From positions 1-42,800 of IMG/VR virus record IMGVR_UViG_3300028413_000008: 42,800 bases of DNA; one strand, written 5' to 3'. Origin of the DNA: a virus. Taxonomy: Duplodnaviria > Caudoviricetes. The notes under the pieces are model-generated. The model ran no database searches and was not told where the DNA came from. It was given only the letters and a program-made list of their open reading frames with translations. The position numbers were made by a program, and so were the translations under genes. This document shows, in pieces, positions 6,427 through 17,068 of this stretch. Position 1 is the stretch's first letter. Each line of letters starts with the position of its first letter.

Positions 6427-8413
6427 AAAACTGAATATCTTCTCCTTCAAACAGTGTTGTTCGGGGAGGTTTCCCTGACCCCATCTGAATGATTTCCATT
6501 TCTTCGGGGCTGAGATAGCGCTCAAGCTTTCTCTGCAAAGCCGCGTCAATCTTGGCTGGGTTTGCGTACACGTTTGGTGGGGTGTCTGGAGCTGCTGGTA
6601 ACCCCTGCATATTAGCTCGAGGTTTTGGTCCCATCTGAATCACAGCCATTTCTTGATCAGTGAGGTATGGCTCCAGTCGATTTTGGATTTCTCGCACTTT
6701 CCGTTGGTATTCTGGCCCTCCCATTGGTGGTGGAGCAGCCCTTCCAGCTTCCACAGCAGCGATATCTGCAGCTTCCTGCGCATTGTTGGTCATTCGCCCA
6801 CTAGGAGTACCAAACAACGTCTGAGACTGATTTCTAGGGGCTTCTAGCTGCAACATAGGCGTTTCTCCCGCCTCAGTAATGAATTGTTCTAGTTTGCGAA
6901 CAATTGTGGCCTCAGATGCTCCGTCTTTTGCAGCTTCTTCAATTAATTTCAAATCTTGAGCCAGTCTTTTTTCTAACTGTAGTGCGTCAAGCCGACCGTT
7001 CGTTTTCCCAGCTGTTCGGAGTAACGCCCCAGCAACTCCACGAGAAGTACCTAAAGTAGCAATGTTTAAAGCTTGCTCCATTAATCCTCCGACTCTTTCA
7101 GCAATTGAAGGATCTGCCATTTTAGCCTGGACCTTGTTCACCGCTTCAGCCCGATCGTTAATTAGTTTTCGAACTCGAATTAGATCTGAAATTCTTGCAT
7201 CAGCTTCTTTTGCAATGTCATCACCAAACAAGTTTCGAGATGTTGATTTCAAACCAGCACGAGTATTCTCTGCTGTTTGTTTTGCCAAACCAGAAGAAAG
7301 TTTTCCTGATGGTAGGTATGCATTCAAATCTTGCCCGTGCAACCTCGACAAGTCGTTAATCTCTTTCACCGTCAAACCATCAACCTCAGCTTTTCGACGC
7401 AACTGCTGCATTGTGGCTAACCCTTCAAGATTGTTGGTCTTTGTATATTCTTTTTCCAACTGATCCATCGCCTGATTGACGTAATTGTTTTTTACTTTTT
7501 GTCCATTCACTTCAAATGTATGATCTAGATTTGAAAGAGGTCGGCGCAGTGGATTGGTTTCAAGTGCAGTGTCAAGAGATCCAGAAATGTCTGTGATTTT
7601 TTCATCAAGTCGTTGACTCAACTCAGCGTTAGTTCGAACACCATCAGTATCAATTTCTCGAAATGCTCGTTGTGCAACCTCTGCATCCCCCGTCTTACCT
7701 TGAAGCACTCGGCGAACAGCATCATCCGCTTCAGATTTTCGGCTTAACGCTCGCTGCGCTGGACTAAGTGCTTTTGTAACCAGTGGCGTAGCAGCCCCTA
7801 GAGCACCACCAGTCGCAGCCCCAATACTCCCCCCAACGGCTCCACCGGCCAGAATACTTCCTAACGTACTTTCGCGTTGAGTCATTTCTTCACCAGCACC
7901 ATACGCAGCACCTGTGATGGCTCCTGTTCGACCTACTTGCATAGCTGCTTGCCTTGCGGTCGGTGTAGCAGCTCCACGGAACACTCCGCCAATTGTTTGA
8001 GCTCCACCCTTTGCTGCTCCTCCACCGTATAGATACGATCCGGTTTTTAAAGCTTCACCAGCAATTTGTTTTAATCCACCATCTTGAAACCCTCGCTGTT
8101 TTTCAATATCCATCCCAAGGATTCTTTGACCTCGACCAGAATCAGCAATTTCTTCGTACCCTGTTTTAATTGTCTTCCCAAATAAACCGAGTCGTCCCAA
8201 GGCTTCAGTCGTCCTCGCAGCAGGTTTTACAAGCAAGGTCTTTAGGGGATCTTTGATTATTGTTTCAAGAAACCCATCTTGTTCAGGAGCCGGTGCCGCA
8301 GCTGCTGGTGCAGGAGAACTAGCTCCAACTTGGTTGAATTGCAAAGTTTTTGGAGCGGTGCCAGTGTTACCTGGCGTTTTTCCAAAAGGGATTGTTTTTG
8401 GTCGTGTTTCCAT
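6425..8413 (-). CDS. Putative DNA ejection / internal virion protein
   Basis: Last gene of the structural arm; Gly/Ala-rich hydrophobic segments plus helical regions, as in podovirus ejection proteins. Confidence 0.6.
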   Translation of the reverse strand: METRPKTIPFGKTPGNTGTAPKTLQFNQVGASSPAPAAAAPAPEQDGFLETIIKDPLKTLLVKPAARTTEALGRLGLFGKTIKTGYEEIADSGRGQRILGMDIEKQRGFQDGGLKQIAGEALKTGSYLYGGGAAKGGAQTIGGVFRGAATPTARQAAMQVGRTGAITGAAYGAGEEMTQRESTLGSILAGGAVGGSIGAATGGALGAATPLVTKALSPAQRALSRKSEADDAVRRVLQGKTGDAEVAQRAFREIDTDGVRTNAELSQRLDEKITDISGSLDTALETNPLRRPLSNLDHTFEVNGQKVKNNYVNQAMDQLEKEYTKTNNLEGLATMQQLRRKAEVDGLTVKEINDLSRLHGQDLNAYLPSGKLSSGLAKQTAENTRAGLKSTSRNLFGDDIAKEADARISDLIRVRKLINDRAEAVNKVQAKMADPSIAERVGGLMEQALNIATLGTSRGVAGALLRTAGKTNGRLDALQLEKRLAQDLKLIEEAAKDGASEATIVRKLEQFITEAGETPMLQLEAPRNQSQTLFGTPSGRMTNNAQEAADIAAVEAGRAAPPPMGGPEYQRKVREIQNRLEPYLTDQEMAVIQMGPKPRANMQGLPAAPDTPPNVYANPAKIDAALQRKLERYLSPEEMEIIQMGSGKPPRTTLFEGEDIQF

Positions 8414-8422
8414 AATAAATGT

Positions 8423-9904
8423 TTATTCAACTAATACCCACTGATTACCGTCTGATCGATACGTCGCACCATCAATATCCATAGTCGCACCAACTGCCGG
8501 AGCAGTCTCATTTTGCCCTGGTGTTGGAGTCCCTAAATATTGACCGCCTCCAGCTTGCACCCATCGGTTAATTGATTCTTTTGCCTTAGTTAATTCAGTT
8601 CTAAAATCTTCAGCGGATTGAGCTTGATCCAAACCAGCAAGAGCTGATTCAAGAAGGTTCAATTCAATGTTGGATACGTTACCAAGAGCACCTCCAGTTT
8701 TTGAGGCTTCACGCATGGCTGTGAGTTCGTTAAAGGCGATAGATGATTTAAGAGTATCTAGTCGAGTTCTAAAGTTGAGAGCATCTGTGCTTGGTAAGTT
8801 AGACAACAAACTACCGAAGCCAACAGTCCAGTTGTTAACGTCGCTCATCAAACTATCAATACTGTTAACCGCTCGAAGCGCGCGTTCTTGAGTATATGGA
8901 CTCATACCTCCAGAAGCAGCCCCTGCACCTGCTCTAGCTGCCGCAGCAGCTGATAATGACGCTTTATAGCTCGCAAGTGATTTTTGGAAATCTTGATCGT
9001 TTTTCATTTTATCAAGATCGTAATCATGTTTCTTCCCCAACATCGTTAGGTCGTTTTGAAAGTCTCTTTCAGCTTGAGTGTTTTCAACTTCAGCTTCTCT
9101 GGTTGCGATATTTTCAGCTTGTTTTGCTTCAAGTTTTGCTTGAGCGGTCACAATTGCTGGATCGTATACACCAGCATACGCACTTTCAATCGCTTGAAGT
9201 TCCGCTGGGGTGTAAGCAATGCCGGACTCACCAGCTACTCCAAACGGATCTGATGCTCCAGTAGAAATATCGTTCCGGGCATTAGTTACTAGTGCTGCTT
9301 CAGCTCGAAGTTGTTCTTCAGTCTTGTTCGCGTCACTAAACTCATTACCGGCTAATGTCCCCACGTCTCCTTGCCCGCTTCCAGCTTGTAACCGTGAGGC
9401 AACTTCAGAGGCTATCTGGGTCGGGTCTTTCATTGTTCCATCAGGGTTCATCCACTGTGCTGGAGTTTGAGTAGTTTCTGGATTTGTAACAGGAGTTTCA
9501 GGAGCTACTGGTGGTTGTCCAATAGGAGCTTGTGTCATTGGAGCTACTGGTGCAGCTGACTCTGGAGAATAACCACCTTGCCCTCCTAGAGCCGATGCTG
9601 GTGCTGGAGTAGCTGAAGGAGCCGGTCCTCGAGGGGCTACAAGTGAACCGTCAGGCCGCATTGACCAACCAGCCATCATTTTATTTGATGCTGGAGCAGC
9701 ACTTCCGCTGAAAGCTTGTGACACGCTTGTCCCTGGACCTACCGTTAACTTACTTCTATCAACTGGAGCTGAGGCCGGTACAGTACCTGACCCCGTAAGC
9801 AATCGTGAGATACTTGAAATTCTTTGTCCACCAGTATTAAATCCTCCCGATGGATTTGTGATCGGATTAAAAAAGTCTTTGATTTTTTTATTATCTGTAG
9901 CCAT
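8423..9904 (-). CDS. Putative ejection / internal virion protein
   Basis: Position; C-terminal LTAMREASKTGGALGNVSNIELNLL motif. Confidence 0.6.
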   Translation of the reverse strand: MATDNKKIKDFFNPITNPSGGFNTGGQRISSISRLLTGSGTVPASAPVDRSKLTVGPGTSVSQAFSGSAAPASNKMMAGWSMRPDGSLVAPRGPAPSATPAPASALGGQGGYSPESAAPVAPMTQAPIGQPPVAPETPVTNPETTQTPAQWMNPDGTMKDPTQIASEVASRLQAGSGQGDVGTLAGNEFSDANKTEEQLRAEAALVTNARNDISTGASDPFGVAGESGIAYTPAELQAIESAYAGVYDPAIVTAQAKLEAKQAENIATREAEVENTQAERDFQNDLTMLGKKHDYDLDKMKNDQDFQKSLASYKASLSAAAAARAGAGAASGGMSPYTQERALRAVNSIDSLMSDVNNWTVGFGSLLSNLPSTDALNFRTRLDTLKSSIAFNELTAMREASKTGGALGNVSNIELNLLESALAGLDQAQSAEDFRTELTKAKESINRWVQAGGGQYLGTPTPGQNETAPAVGATMDIDGATYRSDGNQWVLVE

Positions 9905-9908
9905 ACTA

Positions 9909-10658
9909 TTAAAGTTTATTGTTATAACCAGTTGATGTTAATTTATTTGCTGTATTTTTGAGCAACCCAGCAGCCCGTGTCTGTACTGCAGCTGATTGAG
10001 AAACTGGAGTTGTGCCTTGAAAATCAAACTGATTTGGATTGTACGCAGAAGAAATACTTTTGCCAGGGGTTACTTGACCGCCAGCAACTCCCGCATTGAA
10101 CCGACTCTGTCCAGGTAATTGGTACATATCGCCGAGACTTTTTGCTGCACTGTCTCCATATTTATACTGAAAGTCCCGAGCTGTGTTCCCGATATTGGTA
10201 GCAGTTCTACTCATTGCTCGAGCATCTCTTTTTTCGTAGTTGTCACGTAAGTCATTTAACTTTTGAACTCGTGACCCGGCAAACAACACCCCTTGATCAG
10301 CTGCAGACTGGTCAGCTGCATTTTTATCGTCACGAAAAGCGAGACGGTCATCTTGTCTAAACTCTTCAAGTCCTTGCTGTTGTTGACCCAACTGATCCTC
10401 AACTACCGATCGATCAAGTGATTCTTGAGCCTCAAAAGCAGGAGCTAAAGCAGTTCGAGCTTGGGCGACTGCTGCTTGTTGTTGCTCTGGAGTAAATGGT
10501 ACGCCAGTGATATCTACAATCCCTGACCAGTCGTTATTTGTGTACGCATCGATAATAGTATCAACGGTGTTTACCCCGCCGTAACGAGCAATATCAGGAT
10601 TTGCTGCTAGCGCGTCCGTAACCGCTTGTCTAAACTCTGCTAACTGATTCGGTGTCAT
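9909..10658 (-). CDS. Putative internal virion protein
   Basis: Gln/Ala-rich helical ORF; position. Confidence 0.55.
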   Translation of the reverse strand: MTPNQLAEFRQAVTDALAANPDIARYGGVNTVDTIIDAYTNNDWSGIVDITGVPFTPEQQQAAVAQARTALAPAFEAQESLDRSVVEDQLGQQQQGLEEFRQDDRLAFRDDKNAADQSAADQGVLFAGSRVQKLNDLRDNYEKRDARAMSRTATNIGNTARDFQYKYGDSAAKSLGDMYQLPGQSRFNAGVAGGQVTPGKSISSAYNPNQFDFQGTTPVSQSAAVQTRAAGLLKNTANKLTSTGYNNKL

Positions 10659-10714
10659 ATCTTTATATTGTCAATATTAGCACAAATAATACCTATCTTG
10701 TTTTGTAAAATCCC

Positions 10715-11581
10715 CTAAGTTATTTTTAATATTCCGCCATCATTCCACACTCGCCCTGATCCTCCCGGATTATCTTCAGGTAACCCAAAAAAGGTAACTC
10801 CATCAGCACTGACGAAAATGTCAAAAGTAGCGTCAACAAGAGGGTTTCCGTCTCTATTTGGCATATACGACAAACGAACCTGACCCCCCTCCCCTGCGGC
10901 CACTAACCAGTTAACTGTACCTTCTCGAGTCGAACTTTCCGTACCTCGATCAAAAATATACAACCCGTCCCTGTAGTCTTCATCAGCACCGTTTCTTGAA
11001 ACACGAACTCGAAAAACTCCGTTTATGTAACCTTGAGCATCTCCCACATCTGTTCGGTGGTCAGGGGCAATCTCAACCAATTTAATATTTCTTTCGTCCC
11101 CAGTCCCTCTTCGGCCAATAAAAATGTAATTACTATTCGGTGCGTTATCTGGAGAAAATAACTCAAATACATTGTCCTTTACTCCACCAATAAGTGCTCT
11201 TTTTTGAATGATAAAACCATTTTGAATGTTTTTATCGACTCGTGAATTCCCTCCGTTAGCAGTTGTAAATACTAGTCTTGATGTGTCACCAAGAAGTTTT
11301 CCATTCAAACTATAAGTATCATCAAAAAACGTAATATCATTACCTTCTATTTCAACTCGTGACGGAAGAGCTGATGTTTGAATAAAACATGAAGTAATAA
11401 CTGTTCCAGTTAAAATATTTGGGGCGTCTTCTGATCCATTAGCTTGCCCTCTTTTTCTTGAAGAATCCTCAACCTGTTTTGGTACCGGATTCACAGCTGA
11501 ATAAGCAGCCCCTTTTGTTTGGTCGTTTTGATTGGGGTCTTTTTTTAAAAACCGATCTTGACTCAGGTTAGAAAAACTCAT
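10715..11581 (-). CDS. Putative tail-associated protein
   Basis: Beta-rich; ITSCFIQTS...RVEI and C-terminal GRVWNDGGILKI motifs typical of tail spike/needle proteins. Confidence 0.55.
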   Translation of the reverse strand: MSFSNLSQDRFLKKDPNQNDQTKGAAYSAVNPVPKQVEDSSRKRGQANGSEDAPNILTGTVITSCFIQTSALPSRVEIEGNDITFFDDTYSLNGKLLGDTSRLVFTTANGGNSRVDKNIQNGFIIQKRALIGGVKDNVFELFSPDNAPNSNYIFIGRRGTGDERNIKLVEIAPDHRTDVGDAQGYINGVFRVRVSRNGADEDYRDGLYIFDRGTESSTREGTVNWLVAAGEGGQVRLSYMPNRDGNPLVDATFDIFVSADGVTFFGLPEDNPGGSGRVWNDGGILKIT

Positions 11582-11583
11582 TT

Positions 11584-14163
11584 TTAGTTTGTGTTATAGC
11601 CCTTGACAGTAAGAGAAGGAATTTCTATTCCGTGGATGACCACCTGCTCTCCTCGAGTATTACCGGCCACCCGTAATCGCAGTACATCAAAGTCATCTGT
11701 GTCCTCAGTGGGGAAAAACGCATTGTTTTTTTCATCAATTGTAGCAAGTGGCTTCCAGGCATTTGGACCAGACTTTTGTATTTGGTATGACACATTACCG
11801 CCAGCAGCGTTTTCAGAATAAACACTAATTCCACCGAGACTTTTAATCTCGCAATACATATCAGTAAATGATCTCCACCTGTCGATGTATTCGTAATAAA
11901 ATGGTTGTCCAAAGTCAGTTGTACCTTTCTCAATTGACCCCACCAAGCCCGCTGAAGTTCCAAGTAAAGGTGTTTGAACGATCCCGTTGTCATACAAAAC
12001 CATGGCTGTAACGTCATTGTTTTTGTAGTCGTAAACTGTCCATACTTGAGTAGAAATAGTATATCGAAGCACACAGTTGCTAAACACTACCCCTTCAACA
12101 GCAATTGGCCCCACGTACCACTGAACAGTATCAAAACCGTCGTACACTCCTTTTACGTTTTCATAGTATGCACGAGGTATAGCTTTTACAAAATCAATAA
12201 TCCTCCGAGAAATTTCCACCGGTTGAGATCCATAATCAAACTGATAAAAACCAGATGAGTGATGAAAGAATATACCCGTTTTTGTTTCAATAATAGATTC
12301 TTGAGAAAAAGTACCGACGTTGTAAGCGGGGTAAGAGTCTAAAGATGTAGCCCCATAAATTCGAAAAATACTATCTTGAGTAAAAATCAAGAGTGCTCGA
12401 GGGACTCGATACATCGCTGTAAATTTTTGACCAGTCTGCGGAGAAAGGGTTGTAATAAAGTTTACTTGCGGATCGTAGGTCAGACTGTAAACATCGGGAG
12501 GGCTGAATTGAACAATATCGGTGTAGTAAACAATTCCAGTAGCTGCATCAGCAACCCATACTCGACCTTCAAATCCTCCGTGAATAAAATCACCCTTAGG
12601 GAATCCAAGAGGGACCAAGTTTGTTCCAAAAGCTCCACCGTTTGATGTTGCCACAAGATCTCCTCCGTCTTGAGCGTTTCCATTTACCATCCAGATGTAA
12701 TTTAAAAACTGAGAAAATCGCGGTTTAGAAGAACCCACTAGTCCTAACCGTCGAGACACCCAACTAGTCCCGTCCCAATTCGAAACACTATCTTCATGGC
12801 TAGCGTAGAGAAAGTTTTGATTCACTCTTGGTCCATTTATTTTAAATGTTGCCCCTTCACCTTCTTCGCCTACGTTTGACCAAGTTCCAATAACTAAAAA
12901 ATCATTTATTTTGAGAGAGCTCAAAGAAATTGAAGATCCATTACCATCAGCTACAAAAATTTTTGACCCCACAACCGTTGTATTGAAAGTAGTTGTGTCG
13001 ACTTCAAAAATTTGAGTGTAGATAGCATCGTCCGCATCACTCCAAAAGTTTACGAAATTTTCTCCGTTGCCCATGTCAACAGAAGCATTTATTCGTGATG
13101 TCCCTGGTTCAAAAGTAGCTACTGACCCCACCGTAGTCACCGCGTAAGTGCTCGGGTTTACATTAAATACTCGAGCTTTCCCTACAGAAGAACCTTCACT
13201 ATAAAAATTTATAAAGTGTTCATTGTCTCCTAAAGACTGAGCGCTATTAAAACTGGAATTGTAACCAAGTGTTAACGGGCTACCTACGGCGGTGATCCCC
13301 CAAGTTATTAGATTCACATTGAAAACTTGAGATTTTCCAACCCCTCCGTTTGACCAAAATACAAACACTCTCGAACCATCACCTAAGGGAACGCAACTGA
13401 TACTTGTCACTCCACCAGTATCAAAAGTCAATGGAGACCCTGGTTCGCTTACTGCAAATGTACCCAAATCAACTTCTAAAATTGTGGCAATTCCGTTACT
13501 ACCATTGTTGTAAAAAACAATAAAATGATTTTCATCAATTGCCACCATTGAATTAAAAGTAGCGTTTGTTGTATCAAATTCTAAAGGAGTACCCAGTGTC
13601 GTAACTGCGTAACTAATCGGATCCACCCGCAGTGTTTGAGCAAAACCGTCAAAACTAGATCCGGACCAAACAACCAAGTGATTGTTTTCATTAACTCTTT
13701 GAACTTCAACGTACAAAGCGTTACTGATATCAAATTCAAGAGGTGAACCTACGGGGATAAAACCACCTGTTTCCAGGTTTGTTCTAATTACTTGAGCAAA
13801 TCCATCCCCACTAACACCTGTCCATACCATTAAAAAATGAGTGTCGTTTATTTTTGAACTTGCTACAAAAGATATTTCTGAAGTAAAAATACCGCTAGTT
13901 CCTATCTGCTCAATTGATATATATCCTGGCTGAGTTATTGTATTTTTTAAAGTTCCAAAACTATTTATTTTTTCCTCAAGTGACGTTGCAAATTCAGTGA
14001 TACCCGCGCGAGTTTGGATTGCTCCTACCCGGTCAAAGTTCATATTCACTGCCAACTGAACTGAATCAGCTGGAGCGATAGTATCGTCAAGTGCAGCCGT
14101 TCGAACAATCCCTTCTACGGGATAAGGGATTTTTATGTCGTCAATTGTTTGAAGTTTACTCAT
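11584..14163 (-). CDS. Tail nozzle/stabilisation-like protein (P22 gp10/T7 gp12-like) with internal ~50-aa repeat domain
   Basis: Size, position, beta-propeller-like character; repeats of the type xNHFxxxW...G.A.V..V...T......G.PL.F. Confidence 0.6.
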   Translation of the reverse strand: MSKLQTIDDIKIPYPVEGIVRTAALDDTIAPADSVQLAVNMNFDRVGAIQTRAGITEFATSLEEKINSFGTLKNTITQPGYISIEQIGTSGIFTSEISFVASSKINDTHFLMVWTGVSGDGFAQVIRTNLETGGFIPVGSPLEFDISNALYVEVQRVNENNHLVVWSGSSFDGFAQTLRVDPISYAVTTLGTPLEFDTTNATFNSMVAIDENHFIVFYNNGSNGIATILEVDLGTFAVSEPGSPLTFDTGGVTSISCVPLGDGSRVFVFWSNGGVGKSQVFNVNLITWGITAVGSPLTLGYNSSFNSAQSLGDNEHFINFYSEGSSVGKARVFNVNPSTYAVTTVGSVATFEPGTSRINASVDMGNGENFVNFWSDADDAIYTQIFEVDTTTFNTTVVGSKIFVADGNGSSISLSSLKINDFLVIGTWSNVGEEGEGATFKINGPRVNQNFLYASHEDSVSNWDGTSWVSRRLGLVGSSKPRFSQFLNYIWMVNGNAQDGGDLVATSNGGAFGTNLVPLGFPKGDFIHGGFEGRVWVADAATGIVYYTDIVQFSPPDVYSLTYDPQVNFITTLSPQTGQKFTAMYRVPRALLIFTQDSIFRIYGATSLDSYPAYNVGTFSQESIIETKTGIFFHHSSGFYQFDYGSQPVEISRRIIDFVKAIPRAYYENVKGVYDGFDTVQWYVGPIAVEGVVFSNCVLRYTISTQVWTVYDYKNNDVTAMVLYDNGIVQTPLLGTSAGLVGSIEKGTTDFGQPFYYEYIDRWRSFTDMYCEIKSLGGISVYSENAAGGNVSYQIQKSGPNAWKPLATIDEKNNAFFPTEDTDDFDVLRLRVAGNTRGEQVVIHGIEIPSLTVKGYNTN

Positions 14164-15035
14164 GTTCTGATAAATAATACATCTTCATTGGTAGCCGCGC
14201 CAGCTAACCTTTCCCATTTGTGTTTCCACGGCTCAAAGTGAAGTTCTGCCATAAACAAAAGTGCTTCTTTAAAATCTGGGTTAAGCAATACAGCTTCAGC
14301 GCAAACTTCTCTCGCAGCGCCTCCCCTATTCATTTGAAAATAACACCTGGCAATATATAACAGAGCGTCAGCTTTTTCAGGTAACCAAGTAGCTGCTTCT
14401 ACACACTCTTCAAAAAGAGTTGCTGCTTTACCATAATTCCCACGGTAATAAAATTCCCGAGCGTAGTAATAAACATCTCTTGATGTGCAATCTTGACTTT
14501 TTATTTGCTTATCAAGAATACGCATCATTCGATCAGGATCTAAATCATGAGCAGAACTGTAGCCGTAAGTAATAACAACGTCAGATAAATTCTCTTCAAC
14601 TGGATGTAATGTTTCGTGCGCGGCACCCACCCACCTTACTTTGCCGTTATTACGAAAAATCCTTGGTAGAAAATGAACATGATTACTTCCTTTTGAAGTC
14701 ATTTCAACACTAAAATGAGATTGTCCTTTTTTGGCTTTAGCAATCAGATTTCTAATTTTTTCTACTCCCCCTGTTTCAAGAACCTCATCTGCATCAATAG
14801 AAATAATCCAATCACCTGAACATTCATGTCTTGCAAAATTTCTGGCTTCAGCAAAATCATCGTTCCACACGTAATCAGTAAAAACCTTGTCTGTGAATTT
14901 TTTAGCGAGTTCGACTGTGTTGTCAGAACTCCCGGTATCACACACAATAATTTCATCAACTCCCACTAAAGATTTTAAAACATCTTCAATGTGGTCAGCT
15001 TCGTTTTTTACAATGAGACAAGCTGATAGTTTCAT
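14160..15035 (-). CDS. Family 2 glycosyltransferase with C-terminal TPR repeats
   Basis: LSACLIVKNE, DEIIVCDTGSSDNT, WNDDFAEARN, IDADE (DxD), WVGAAHE; TPR-like helices. Confidence 0.9.
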   Translation of the reverse strand: MKLSACLIVKNEADHIEDVLKSLVGVDEIIVCDTGSSDNTVELAKKFTDKVFTDYVWNDDFAEARNFARHECSGDWIISIDADEVLETGGVEKIRNLIAKAKKGQSHFSVEMTSKGSNHVHFLPRIFRNNGKVRWVGAAHETLHPVEENLSDVVITYGYSSAHDLDPDRMMRILDKQIKSQDCTSRDVYYYAREFYYRGNYGKAATLFEECVEAATWLPEKADALLYIARCYFQMNRGGAAREVCAEAVLLNPDFKEALLFMAELHFEPWKHKWERLAGAATNEDVLFIRT

Positions 15036-15036
15036 A

Positions 15037-16428
15037 CTAAGAGGTAATTATAGTTGTCGCTTGTCCAGTATACAAGTTGTCAAACAAAGCTTGGACAAGT
15101 TCTTCAAACTTTTTGTAGTCTGGATCAGACTGAGCCAGAGTAATATCTTTTCGATATTTAATGGCGTATCGTAAATACCACTTGTAAATTTCACGGTATG
15201 GTTCAGGGAGGTTTTGGTACAAATCAGTCACTTGAGGTTCTCGTTTGTAGTAATCGATGTAACAATTTCTTCCTTGCATTGAATCTGGAATAACTCGATC
15301 AAACACGATTTTATCTTCAAATACTGTGTAGTTAACTGGTTGCGCAATAGTGGGGGTAACCCAAATTTGAGTACCGACAGGAATCTCTCGGTCCACACCA
15401 GTAACTCCTGTTAGTTGATTATTCATCAAATCGACTCCTGTGTACTGAATCTGAAGGATACTTTGGTCAAAACCAGTAGTTGCGATATGTGCTGCTCCCG
15501 TAGCATTTACTGAGGGGAAATCACCTGCAGATTCAACAGTAATCGTTGTGTCTGAAATTTCTACCGGTTCAGAAATCACACTACCACTGACACTATATGA
15601 AGAACTATTCCAAGATCGTTTGTCGATATAGTTCAAATTATACGGAGATAAAACCCCTCCAACAATAAATCGAAGAGCCAGCATTGATCTATCAGTTTCA
15701 CTGAAATCAATATCAGTAGGTAATTTTATAAAGTTTGATCCGGCTAGTAATTTCATCGGATGTTCAAACTCTTGTAGCCAAGCATGACGAACTCCGTAAA
15801 GTTTCATTTTTACGTATTTTCGAGCATCGTCAATTGCTTCAAGGCAAAACAAAGTGGTGATTTTTGTGTCGTTCTCAGGTACCCCCATTGCCCGTAGTAC
15901 TGGATGGATTAGCTCTCCTACCGAATCAGCCGGGTAAGAAAGCACACTTACTGGAGACGAAAATTCAGAAAAAAGTCCTGTTTCAGAATTTTTCCATCGA
16001 AGTTTGTAGAAATCAGAAGTTAGCCCCACTGAATCAAATTGAACAGTTTTTTGTTGCGTAACATAAATCGGAAGTGTTGCTAGTACTGTATAAGTTCCGT
16101 CAATCGTATCTGATTTTTGAATTTCAATCTGATCGTAGTTGATTTCACTAACCAAGTCACCTCGATTATGGGGTTGTTTTGTTGCTGCGATTGTAAAATC
16201 TTGGTTTGTGTTTTCTGAAGAAACTACAACCTCCGCGTTTTCTGCACCCATTGAACCCAACAACAAAAGGGTTGTTCCGTCAGTAAAATCAATAGCATTG
16301 TCAACATTCAAAACTTCTACCCCAATAGCAAAATTGTTCGAAAGGTATGTGTACGTTTTCGAATTTAATTTATTAGGAATCTCAATAATGTTTCCTATAT
16401 TGTGACGAATGGTGATTTGTGGGAACAT
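15037..16428 (-). CDS. Virion structural protein, probable head-tail adaptor with extra domains
   Basis: Probable start MFPQ at 16428; adaptor-like C-terminus (IDYYK...LPEPYREIYKWYLRY). Confidence 0.55.
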   Translation of the reverse strand: MFPQITIRHNIGNIIEIPNKLNSKTYTYLSNNFAIGVEVLNVDNAIDFTDGTTLLLLGSMGAENAEVVVSSENTNQDFTIAATKQPHNRGDLVSEINYDQIEIQKSDTIDGTYTVLATLPIYVTQQKTVQFDSVGLTSDFYKLRWKNSETGLFSEFSSPVSVLSYPADSVGELIHPVLRAMGVPENDTKITTLFCLEAIDDARKYVKMKLYGVRHAWLQEFEHPMKLLAGSNFIKLPTDIDFSETDRSMLALRFIVGGVLSPYNLNYIDKRSWNSSSYSVSGSVISEPVEISDTTITVESAGDFPSVNATGAAHIATTGFDQSILQIQYTGVDLMNNQLTGVTGVDREIPVGTQIWVTPTIAQPVNYTVFEDKIVFDRVIPDSMQGRNCYIDYYKREPQVTDLYQNLPEPYREIYKWYLRYAIKYRKDITLAQSDPDYKKFEELVQALFDNLYTGQATTIITS

Positions 16429-16435
16429 GCTGTTT

Positions 16436-16615
16436 TTATTTACCGGCGTAGGGTTCTTCTGAATTACCTTTATTTGCAAAATAAAAAGTAAATGCCATTG
16501 ACGCCACAATCATGTATTGCTCTGCGCTAATTTTCCCTGTAAAAAGTGCGGCGTTAATACCGATAGCCATCATAATAAAAACAATTTTTGAAGCTGATGT
16601 AATTATTTTTTCCAT
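16436..16615 (-). CDS. Small two-TM membrane protein (holin-like)
   Basis: SASKIVFIMM...FTFYFANK, two hydrophobic helices; probable start MEKII. Confidence 0.6.
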   Translation of the reverse strand: MEKIITSASKIVFIMMAIGINAALFTGKISAEQYMIVASMAFTFYFANKGNSEEPYAGK

Positions 16616-16629
16616 ATATAGATTATACA

Positions 16630-17049
16630 TTACTTTTTAGACTGAAAGTCTTTTAGTTGGTTTAATAATTTTTTTGGAGTTTGGTAACCGAGTCTCCCCA
16701 TGTTTTCTAGTATACTAATAAATTCGGTAATACCAATAAATCCAATCATAGTTGACTGGATAATATCAAAGCTGATTGTCGTGTCGGCGTAGTACCCAGA
16801 TGAAATTGCTATGAAGTAAACTGTGCCTTTTTGTATTATTCTGGAAAATTTACGTGAGGTAATAGCTTGTCCTTCATGGTACGTAGCCATTAGCCCAAGA
16901 ATAGTATCAAATAGCATCAGCATTAAGACGGCTATCAAAGCCTGTAAGTGAAGATCTCCAAACAAGAAAAATATTGCTACAGCAATTGAAGCTGCTATTT
17001 TAATAATAGTAGGTTCAAAGATTGTTGTCACGATTTCGGAGAAGTGCAT
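16630..17049 (-). CDS. Holin (phage holin 4_1-like)
   Basis: DTILG...ITSRK...EFISILENMGRLG..P..L motif; three TM segments. Confidence 0.85.
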   Translation of the reverse strand: MHFSEIVTTIFEPTIIKIAASIAVAIFFLFGDLHLQALIAVLMLMLFDTILGLMATYHEGQAITSRKFSRIIQKGTVYFIAISSGYYADTTISFDIIQSTMIGFIGITEFISILENMGRLGYQTPKKLLNQLKDFQSKK

Positions 17050-17068
17050 ATTGTACTAATGTAGCACG

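Noticed and set aside
6280-6549. ORFs 6280..6549(-) and 6292..6492(+)
   Set aside because: They overlap the tRNA, the terminator and the end of a real gene
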